DNA of 64,000 bases from positions 124,001-188,000 of the forward strand of contig NOWV01000028.1 in the NCBI GenBank assembly GCA_003344405.1, read 5' to 3'. Numbering within the stretch: the first letter of the stretch is position 1; each line of letters opens with the position of its first letter. This DNA is from Trichoplax sp. H2. Taxonomy: Eukaryota. A program made the position numbers and the translations under genes. This document shows positions 12,901 through 23,613 of this stretch, piece after piece. The notes beneath the pieces are model-generated. The model saw only the letters and a list, made by a program, of their open reading frames with translations. It did not search any database and was not told the DNA's origin.

Positions 12901-15436
12901 ACTTTCAAATTCAATACCGGTATACATTGTGCTGCAAGACCGGCAAAATCGGTAATTGTTATTCGAAACACCTATTTTTAAAGCCGTAGTGATTTCACTT
13001 AACTGTAGCTATTTAATTTGAAAATATTATCGAAATATGAAGTACCATACTATTGTCTTGACGCATCATGGAGATTTACTCTATTTTTACAACTCAAATT
13101 TGCAGTTAGCAGATTGTCAACCCTTAGTTTAAAATTCATTCATTACAATTACGTAAGAAGACATTAAACAAACTAATTTCAATGATTTTAAAATTTTAAT
13201 ACGATATGGAGTGAATCGGTTTTTTAGCAAACTAAGGTTGGGTTTTCAGTTCTTTGTATAATATTTGAATGAACGATATCTTAATTTTAAACTTTTACAG
13301 AGACCTTGCCTGTATGGACAATCGTGATTATAGTCATAGCTGTGGTTGGTAGTTTTATAACAGCAGGCTATGCAATGCTACGCTATTATAGCAGTAACAA
13401 AATTCGATCATCTTCGCGTGATAACGAAATGACAATGGTTAGAAATTTACCTGGGGTGGCAGCCGAAAATGATTCCAAAGAAATCAGCTATAAACACAAT
13501 GCTCCTTCGCGAGAACTTACAATAGATACATCAAGCCTACATGACGTTACATTCTTTCAAAATAATCAAATACAAGTGAAAGAAAAATTAGGGGAAGGCC
13601 ATTTCAGTACGGTAAGGAACAATAATTTGGTTTAGGTAAATATTAAAGTAAATTATATTCAAATATCTAAACATAGCCCAGATATGATCATTAATCAATA
13701 GTCCGTGAATTCAAATATGTATCATATATGATCAATTCATTTTATTAGGTTTATAAAGGATTTCTACTGGATAACGATAAAGAAACACCAGTAGCACTAA
13801 AGTTACTGAAAGCATCAGAGAGTGATGCTCAGAAGCAAAAGTTTATCGACGAGGTCTGTCCCAGTAAAGCTGATACGAAGCAGCTAATGTAGTAAAATTT
13901 TGATTATTTGATAACTAATATAGCACTAATAACACATTACCGAAAAGTATATGTACAGTATACCAGTATAGTGTGAGCGATTACATCTAAGCCGATATTT
14001 AAAGTAGACTTTAGATTTACAAAGCTTTCAGTTAATTAATATATTCATGATTTTACTAGTTTTACTTTTAATGATCATATGCTGAAGGTATTGCTAAAAG
14101 AATCAGCTATGTAATACAGCAATCTATTGTAACTCTCAAAATAATGCTTACTTATTCTTAGGCTTCCGCTAATGCCATGTTTAACCATGAAAATATCGTC
14201 AAATTAATTGGTGTGTCATTCACAAGTGATCCTTACTATTTGATTTTGGAATACATGCAGAATGGAAATTTACACGATTACTTAGCTAATAATGCTGCGC
14301 CTATACAAGCAGAACATCGTGTTGCAATAGGAAAGAGTAAGGAAAATCTAGCTAAGCTATAAGAATAATTAAGTAATAATGATTTATCAATAGCTTATTG
14401 ACCATCACTTAATAGTAAATAATTTCGTTGCAAATTTTCACACTACTTGCGTTATTTTGTCTAATAAGACTAGTATTTGACCGCATTCTAACAATTTTGA
14501 TTAATATTATTTATAGTTAGTGAAGCAATAATAATTATGATATTGATTATGGCATTGTTTAGTCTTCGTTTAATTCACAACTATAGCCGATACCGGTAAC
14601 TCTCTTTATCAATAGAGTAAGGTAGACGAATAGTAATGCTCTTAAGATCTAACACTAAATTCTTTATGTCGGATTTATTATGTCAAGGGCTACAAAATAA
14701 TGATTATATCAATATGGAAGGCGTTGAATATCTTGAGCACAGTGATCTCATTAGGTTCCTAGTCCAAGCAGCATCGGCTTTAAACTACTTATCCAATCTG
14801 AGAGTCATACATCGCGATATTGCAGCCAGAAATTGTTTACTGGGTGAAAATAAGCATCTTAAAATATCCGATTTTGGATTATGTAAAGATATATATGCTG
14901 ATCAACATTACAAGGTAAAAATATAAAAAATTACGTAGTATTAGAGTTGCACAGCTACACTTACATTGCATGTTGAAACATGCGTTATTCTAGTTTGCTA
15001 CTTATTTGCCTAAAATTTCATCCAACCATAGATGCAGAAAATGAAAAATGTTCCCTTACGATGGTCACCACCCGAAGTTTTACTAAGATCACTGTATACT
15101 GAAGAAAGTGACGTCTATTCCTTTGGTGTACTAATGTGGGAAGTTTTCTCATTTGCGATATCACCATTTTATCAGTATACCTTTGATGAAGTAACTGCCA
15201 TCATTAAAAGTGGTCAGACAAAAGAAGCCCTGAGTAGACCGGCTACTTGCATTAGTAACGAAATTTGGAAACTTATGACTGAATGTTGGGAATTTTATCC
15301 TAAGGACAGGCCATCAGCATCTGAAATATTAACTAAATTGCATTCAGAAGAAGATCAATCGGCGTATGATAATTTGAATCCTGCGATGGAGTATATCGAG
15401 TGTTCACCTGTAAACCAAGAGTATACCCTGCAATAA
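9952..15436 (+). CDS. Receptor tyrosine kinase with Frizzled-type cysteine-rich ectodomain (ROR/MuSK/Trk-group-like), ~597 aa, 9 exons
   Basis: Phase-compatible GT-AG exons: 9952-10006 (signal peptide MTMKKWSMITPLILLITL), 11151-11214, 11519-11712, 12383-12640, 13301-13611 (TM, GEGHFST), 13749-13853 (VALK), 14162-14336, 14688-14914 (HRDIAARN, DFG), 15032-15436 (PLRWSPPE, SDVYSFG). Sum 1794 nt, open frame. Ten Cys in CRD spacing (YCSQYSGIAC...VICTIVFPPC...ICRQGC...CP.EW). First two exons are less certain. Confidence 0.9.
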
Positions 15437-16992
15437 TATGATTGCATATACGATAGATTGTAGTAGACAAGTGAACCTAAAAGAATGTTAAGGCAAAAAT
15501 GAAGCTAAAAATTAGCACTTATGGATTATAGCGATCTATTGCAAATAGTTTAAAATTATATTTTTTAAGGATTTAAATACTAGCAAGGACTATTACAACA
15601 TAGCGACGAGCAGTAAAAGTAGGAAAGTGCAGTAACCAAATATTTCATTAATTCTGTCATTTAGATCATAATAATGATAATTAAATTAAAATTATCTAGC
15701 AATTACGTTTTTCTGCATCGAGTTATACTGTTAATGATGCTTGACTAATCACTTTGAGAAGTTAAAATTAATACTGCATGAGTAAACCAATAGAATCACT
15801 AATAAAATAATGAGTCATAACACACATAGTGTTATTAGCCACATTACCATGTAATACAACAAAATCCTGAATGTTGCATTTGAAGTGCTAATTGATTGGA
15901 TTTGATAATTGTATATAAGGGAATCTATTAAAAATATTCTAGACTCTGGATTCTCCCCTTATGAAAATGAAAGAGAAACTATAGCAGTTTTAGCTGTAAC
16001 AGTTGCATGCAGAATATTTGCTCATAAGAGAAATCTATTAAAAATTCAGAAATCATGTTCAACTAATACAGTCACTAGCTTGGCTCTGTTCTCATACACA
16101 AGAGTGTTGTAATAGATATGTAACCTTAGCGTTATTTTCTTTGTTATCTCTTTATTAGATTTAGGGTAATATCTACACCTCGTATTTAGATTAGCTATTG
16201 GTCTGAAATCATTCCTTGTATAGAATGTTTTCAATAAACTTCGACTTTATTATTAAAATAAAATGTAGTACAGAATTTATAAAAAAATATATCATCGGTC
16301 TCTACTGGCTTGTTAAAATTTGACAAATACGCCAATACATAGCGCTCATTATATCACTTCTTCTCTTTATATTGTAATATATCACGGACTGATACTCTCA
16401 CGCAATATTTGGCTGGTTGGTTTAAAGCTTCTTACATGGCCAATAAATATATCGTTACTGCACTTACTATACAGAATTAAAGTTGTTACCAATAGCAGTC
16501 CTGTAACAATAGATGAAATTTTTAAAGAAACTTCAATTACTATTAATAATATTAACTAACAACGTCTACTAAGAATGCAACTGTGTGAAGTACAATACAA
16601 ATTTTATAAACATTGCAATGATTCAGTTGTATTTTAGAAATATTCTACTTTCGCATTTTACCAGATAACTCCTCTAAGGAATATACACATAGTAATATAA
16701 AATATAAAAATGAGATTCTGAAATGTACTGGCCGGTCAATATCCCGGATAATAAGATGTACAAAAGATCTAATTTACGATAAATTTCTTACAGATACTTT
16801 CTATTAATATTAAGAATCATAGATTACGTGCAGAAGGCATCCGTAATAATAGCATAAACTGAATACAAAGTTTAGAGTACGTTTTATAAATTCATAGAAA
16901 AATATCGTGATATAAGTAATGTTGATACTATTAAAGCAGGCTACATATACAGTATAACACTGAGGTATTTCGTAACAAGAAAATTGTTTCCT

Positions 16993-19701
16993 TTATAGAT
17001 GCACAGGTCCATGATTGATAGTGCTACTGCTTATTTTTCCCTTTATTTGCCTTTCTTCTTTGCTAAACCACATTCCATAGCCAAAATAGATTATAAACCC
17101 TATTCGACATAATATGTAAAAAAATTTATGCTATGGATTAATTCCTAGTAATGTGTCAGCACCAAGATAAATTGGTGGTCACGATATCTTGTAACTACTT
17201 TGGGTATGTTCCTTACGACATGTTAAATACTACGTAATGTATGTATGACTGTATATCATAGATAAAAAAGTATCAGTTAACAATCGCAAATAACCCAGTC
17301 AACTAGATTATATGTACTTCCAGTCTTGTAAATTATTATCATAACGCGTTCACGAATATATAATGAACCCTACTGTAATGACATGTCTGGTCTTATTTTG
17401 ATCTATACGGTATACTAACAGGGCACACGATTTTTGTAGCATTTGAGACTATAATATTTATTTATAGTTTTAATTTCTTAATTACTTATCTCATGTCATA
17501 AATTGGACTTACCGATTGCCATCCATACACCAAATCTAATCCAGGTCTGATAAGGTAGTTTAAGCATTAGGAATAGGTTAATGAAAACACTGAATATAGG
17601 CAAAAATGGTAGAAATTTAACTTTAAAACTCAATTCTTTGGGATTTTGAGGCTGCTTATAAATGAGGACCGTGAGAGCAATGATACCAATACCAAAAATA
17701 CAGAGCAAAAGTATTGACCACCAAGCTTTCTTGGCTAAATACTCCATTCCGAAAACGATAATTGCGTTAAATGCCAGAATGAGAACACTGATTGCTGAAA
17801 TAGACATTATAACCAATCGGCCACTGCGATTAGTAGGTTCAGGCAACTGCTTCTCAATCAGTTGGCATTCATCAGAAGGAACGTAAGTATCATCAGGATT
17901 TAAGCTATGGCTATTTAGTAGTACGGTATGAAGTTGACTTGCCCTTAATTCATTCTTGTCATTGCCTGTTTCATTTCCGCTATCAGTAAAATTAATTGGG
18001 CTAGGATCTACAAAAGAACTATCAATTGGTCGAACGCTAGGATCTTCACCACTGCGACCTTCGGTATAGCTATCAGGCTGGTATCGTAAGATAAGAACAC
18101 AAACCGCCACTAGTGTGTAGGCTAATAAGGTGCCAATGGACATCATATTAACTAATTCAGCTAAATCAAACAACATTGCCATTAGGCCAGCTAGCAGCCC
18201 AGATACGGCAGTAGCAATTAACGGAGTCTTAAAACGTGGATTAACGTTTGCAAGAAATCTGTAACATAATTCATAAATAAATCAGTGAATATACATAAAT
18301 TATTAATTAATTATATTACGCGATAATTTAAAGTTACCAAGAGATCAAATCACCTTATCTAGTTGGGAAATCGTATTAATAATAATTAATTCATCAACTT
18401 CTGTAATATATTGTTATCAGTAAAGAATCGAAATGTAATCTGAGGCGCTTTCGGCTGCTTTTAATAGCGAGATTCACTAGAAAATATTACTATACTATGA
18501 CGACCTGGTTTTATTCACAATATTCTCGAATCGATATTGACGAAATCAGTTAGAATACAATAAAAGATTACTTTTACTACTTTCTATAAAACTAAGCGTA
18601 CCTAAATAATAGTCCATCGCTAGCCATTGCATACACAACACGTGGGAGAGGAAACATAGCACCAAGTAGAGAAGTAGATAACCCACAAACAGCTCCAACC
18701 GATATAACATAGTGGGCGGAAGGTAAATGATTGTAAGCAAATACTTGTGGTAGCGGTACCTTTGGGTCGATTAAGTAATATGGGCACATCAAAGTAATCA
18801 CTGCAGAAACGCTACCATATGCAATAAAACAAATTATCAAGGATAGAACGATACTACGAGGGATTACTTTTTGCGGATTTACCACTTCTTCGCCAGTCGT
18901 AGCGATAGCATCGAAGCCAACGAAGGCATAAAAACATGTCGCTGCACCACTGACTAAGCCTGCAAATCCAAAAGGGAAAAATCCTCCTTCACCGTCCTTA
19001 GCTGGGTCAGGTACCTCTGATGGTGGAATTTCCCAATTGTGAATATTGGCATAGAAGAAGCCAGCCCCTACTACAAAGGCAACTACCATCAGATTAACAG
19101 TCGTAAATATATTGTTGACTATGGAAGATTCTTTAACCCCAAATGCCAAGACTGCCGTTAATAATAAGGTGATTAAAAGAGAGAAGAAGTCAGGATACTT
19201 TGCTAGGCCGGGTATATCCATTGGCGTATGATTGAGAAAATAATGGGATATTTTATTGCCAAGTAACGAATCAAAGTTCTCACTCCATGCTCGAGCAACG
19301 GATGCCGTTCCAATCACATATTCAAGGATTAAATTCCAGCCAATAACAAAGGCTACTAATTCACCAACCGTAACGTAACTGAAGACGTATGCAGAGCCAG
19401 TTTTCGGAACCCGAGCACCAAATTCAGCGTAACATAGACCGGCTAAAATCGAAGCAAAAGCAGCAATAGCAAATGCAACAATTACGCCAGGTCCTGCCGT
19501 TTGCCTAGCGACTTGACCTGTCACTACATAGATTCCAGTACCCAAAGTGCTGCCGACGCCTAAGGCGGTTAGATCGAATGCATTCAAGCAACGCTTAAGC
19601 TCTGTATTGGCGATCGTTTCTTTATCATATAACTTTAATCGAACAATCCGTTGAAGGAAACGTTGGCGATATTGGCTAAATCGACTAGACGATTCTTCCA
19701 T
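16993..19701 (-). CDS. Cationic amino acid transporter (SLC7A1-4/CAT family, APC superfamily), ~650 aa
   Basis: Coding exons 19701-18602, 18258-17513, 17099-16993 (1953 nt). Motifs LGVGSTLGTGIYV, GLCYAEFGARVPKTGSAY, FYAFVGFDAIATTGEE, PRVVYAMASDGLLF, MMSIGTLLAY, TWIRFGVWMAIGFIIYFGYG. Acceptor just upstream of the ATG and a GTAAGT donor at 19828 imply a non-coding first exon (~19829-20030). Confidence 0.95.
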
Positions 19702-20031
19702 TCTCCTACAAAAATGAAGTCAATTAAAATAAATAAATTATGTAGACAATTTAACTGTTGATTTAAAGCAGTACCGACGAAAGAGGCCGGTCAATCGTAG
19801 CACTAGATACTATAGGTACAGTACTTACTCTTATTATTCCGTAAACTTTCTCGATTGGAGAATTTGTCAAATAATAAATTAATTTCTGGCCAGTAATTCG
19901 CTGTCTAACACTAGTTCAAAGCAATAGAAACTCAAAATTATAGCAACAAGAACAGGAGCACAGCCACAATAAGCAAGTTTTACACGGACCGACTTAAAAA
20001 GATGCAGAGGGATGTTAGGCAACTTTCAACT

Positions 20032-20215
20032 TTAGACTGTACTGTATTCTACCGTACTGTGCACTGTACTAACTTCCATACAGTGCACTACACTGTACTG
20101 TACTATGTACTGTACAGTGTACACTGAACAGTACTGTACTGTACTGTACAGTACAGTGCTCACATGATCGTCATGTTCTATCGATGTCCAGTATAGTACT
20201 GTACAATGTACATGC
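20032..20215. promoter_or_regulatory. TACAGTA/TACTGTA-rich array at the inferred 5' end of the CAT gene
   Basis: Dense imperfect ACTGT/ACAGT repeats in both orientations just upstream of the inferred non-coding first exon; regulatory role inferred from position. Confidence 0.45.
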
Positions 20216-20416
20216 GTGTTGAGTTCTGCATCATTGCAGTCAGAACAGGAAATTTCCTCTTGAAAGTCTGCTACAGTATAGAAATTGGCCATTGACAGAG
20301 ACATTACTCTGTACTGAGTGTACGGTGCAGAAATTTGTAGTTTGATCAAGATGGTCGAACCATTTCGAAATATATCAATCAAATTTTATGTTTGCATCTC
20401 CATCAGTCGAAATTTC

Positions 20417-20759
20417 TTATAGAAGCATGGTTGTGCTACTTTCTTTTACAAGCGGATTAAGGAGTGTATTCGCAGTGCTCAGTCTACTTCTGCAATCAGT
20501 CCAAAGAAATGAGTCGACAAATTTATAACATCATTTCACTTATATCCATGGAAGTATGGATAAATGCTTCCATGGATATAAGTGAAATGGTGTTACAAAT
20601 TTGTAGCACAGCAATGCTTCCTTTCTTACGGAAGCATTGCTGTGCTACTTTCTTTCACAAGCGAATTAAGAAGTATGTTCGCAGTGCTCAGTCTGCTTCT
20701 ACAATCTGTCCAAAGAAATGAGTCGACAAATTTGTAACACCATTTCACTTATATCCATG
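20417..20759. repeat. Direct duplication (~135 bp) with intervening inverted segment forming two adjacent hairpins
   Basis: 20417-20549 is similar to 20625-20759; 41-bp arms 20517-20557/20564-20604 (3 mismatches); perfect 19-bp arms 20603-20621/20630-20648. Confidence 0.9.
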
Positions 20760-21659
20760 CATGGAATAAAGAGTTGACGCCAGAACGCCCACTTGCAATT
20801 TTTTATAGCACGTTAGCTAAATTAAATAATGTAGCTACTATTTTTGGAGAATTGGAAAACTTTCTTTAACCGATTGACTATTTATTTGAGGTAATTGATT
20901 ATAATTACTGATAATATACATAATTGTTTGAATACGAGCTAATAAATAGGAAGCGGTAGTTTAATGAAAACAACCGCATAATTAGTTCTAATATTGCAAA
21001 GTTAAAGTTATAATAAAGCACAAAAAGTTAACATGTCAATCGGCAAATTCGACTCATGCAAAAGAACAGGCTAGAAAGAGCCAACCATGTTTCGTAATCT
21101 TTAAATATCCCATGGGAGCAAGTTAGATGCGGGATATAAATCATACAATGTGAATCAATAGCTTAAATTTCATTAAAATGCATGCAAATGAATTCAATTC
21201 TGCCGTCATGGCTTTAAAAAATTAATTTTGATATACTGTAAAAGACACTTTGTAAGCGTATTATACTGTACAATACAAATTAGCTTTGAAGTGATTTGCA
21301 TACTGAATGGTTAAAATTAGCAAAGACATCTACGACGAGAACTCCGATCAAACCTGGCTATATGTCAGCAACTTTCATTAACAAAGTTTAATTTGGCATA
21401 ATCATACACTCAGAAAAGAGACAACTGCGAACGATCTGAGTATACGAGGATAAAGGCGGTGTGCTTTTTAGCGAAAATATAACAGATACACTGAAGAAAT
21501 GGCTAACCATGATTTAAATATTTTGGTATAACAGTTAACATACAGTACTGTCTGTAGTAATGTAGTACACGATTTGCAATAAATTGAAGTAGCAACTGGC
21601 GTGGCTTAGTAGCTATAGCAACTGATCATTTTCTACGAATACCATAATTTACAAATGTT

Positions 21660-23613
21660 TTATTCTTCTTTAGTGCCTTGTTCGATCGACTTTGTTATCC
21701 GCGTTGTATTAATGTTATTGTAGCCAGCAATACCGAAGAATTGATCCATGTGTCGATTAATTTGTGCTGGTCCTAGCTTGCCTCCGTTGCTGTTCACAAA
21801 GACTAAATTTTTGGTATCTTTTTGGACTAATGGCACGACCAAGCGGATATAATGAATATATTTTTCCAGCGCATACTTCGCATATCCAAGAACGGTAATC
21901 ATCATGCCATCCATGCTTGTAATTTTGCGATCTGAAATTGTAATAATTATTTCGGCTCCATCATTATCCCACGATCCTTCACAATCTTGAACATCAGCAA
22001 ATGTCATGTTGCAAAGAGCAGATAACTTAGGCCTGCAGGTAACCAGTAATTGAGCTAAAACAAAACGGAGACTATATGTATAACTCTTTCTATCAAAGGT
22101 TTGCCAAGATTTTTTCTCAATTAGTGCCTTTGCATAGGCAGTTAGCTCTTCAAATCTATCTCGATACTCGCTATGATTTACAACCTTAAACAATTCTGCT
22201 GGATCTATCAAAAACGAGCCACTATGGTAAGATGCGCGAACCTCTCTTTCGCGTGTTTTACGAAGAGCCCTAAAGCGATTAAATAATCCGCTCAGAAAGA
22301 TATCTTCCTTGTAATCAATTCCGGATAAATGCCTACGATAACAGGCAAACTGTCTGGCTCGATCAACGCTCCCAATAAAATTACAAATACTCGACTCGCA
22401 TAATTTAGCATCTTTGTAGAGCAAATCTGTATAAACTCTTAACTTTCGAGAATCTACAATAGGTTGCCATGATAGTTCGTTCCCATCGCATGCCCAAAAT
22501 AAGTATTTATTAATTGCGGTAGCAATATTCCTTGCGAATCCATGCGGTTTACCGGAACTTCTTAGATAGCGATAAAAATCCTTAACTTCTTTGTGCTTAT
22601 CTGGATATTTTTTTCCTAATCCAAATTCTTTCAATTTACAGTTGCTAGCATGACGGCTAGGACGAAAAGCGCTGGCTTCAGGTCGGCCTGATTCGTCAAA
22701 TCGATTCACATTTATTTCTTCCTCTATCAATTCATTGCTATCTTTTGGGTTTTTTTCACTGTGTTCCATCTCTTCCTGATTTAATTCATCTATATCCGAC
22801 TCGTCAAAAACCTCAGTAATGTTTGATTCGACTTTATCGGTACAAGCTGCTTCCTCCAATGCTATAGTTGTATCTTCTTTACTAATAACCACATCTGTGA
22901 CACCTGCTTCCTTCGATTGTCCAAGCTCACTGCTATTGCTTTGCTGTAATTGAATCAATGAATCACATAATGTTTCTTCCACGGTAATAGGATTTTTATC
23001 GGTAAAATTGTTTCCAACATTTTCCTGTAAAACATTAATTTTACAGAAGAATCACTGGAGAGGAAAAAAAATTTTTTTTCTAAATATCAAAAACGCCTTG
23101 TATTTAGCTATAAATTTACATCAATTGAACTAGAGCTATCGACTGGATTGTCCGGTATTATAATTATAGGATTAGATAAATTGGAGGTGCTTGCTTGCTG
23201 ATTGGTTGCTGAAAATTAACGTACAGACAATCATGTTATAATATAAAATAAATATGAATGAACTTAAACGTAATATCACTATGAGCTTCTATGAGCTCCT
23301 TCCATAGCAATTATAGAACAGACATAGTACCTACATGATTTAGATTGCAGATGAGTATCAGTAAACTTTAGTTGATCTTGTAACTTTTTTTCTCTCTGAA
23401 TTTCTGCAGAAAAATCGGTAAAACAGTTATATGGATTATTGCCCCTAGGCTATACAATGGATACTAAAAAATGGTATCGAATACGTGCATCACGTATTTA
23501 ATGAGCATAAAATTTTCAATTTATTCTTAAATAACTTAGAATTGATATTTTTAATTACTTGAAGTCACCCCAAAATATGTCCGGCTAGATGCCTTGCCAT
23601 AATAGTAAGCCAT
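21660..23613 (-). CDS. Tyrosine recombinase/phage-integrase-like protein, apparently degenerate and C-terminally truncated, ~525 aa, 4 exons
   Basis: Exons 23613-23559, 23403-23335, 23208-23120, 23024-21660, all GT-AG and phase-compatible (1578 nt). Acidic disordered N-terminus; helical core-binding-like region (VKDFYRYLRS...INKYLFW...RVYTDLL...SSICNFIGSV); catalytic-domain-like motifs LLVTCRPKLSALCNMT, ITISDRKIT, LEKYIHYIR, LVFVNSNG, INTTRITKS. Family assignment by eye. Confidence 0.65.

Noticed and set aside
20032..20382. 116-aa ORF (also 28651-28890, 28761-28979, 29155-29430)
   Set aside because: Y/S/T/V/C-rich translations produced by the ACTGT/ACAGT arrays; no domain or splice support.
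21660..23024. Active Crypton/DIRS transposon or prophage integrase
   Set aside because: Catalytic Arg residues appear substituted, the Tyr-bearing C-terminus is absent, and no element termini, RT or viral genes are nearby.
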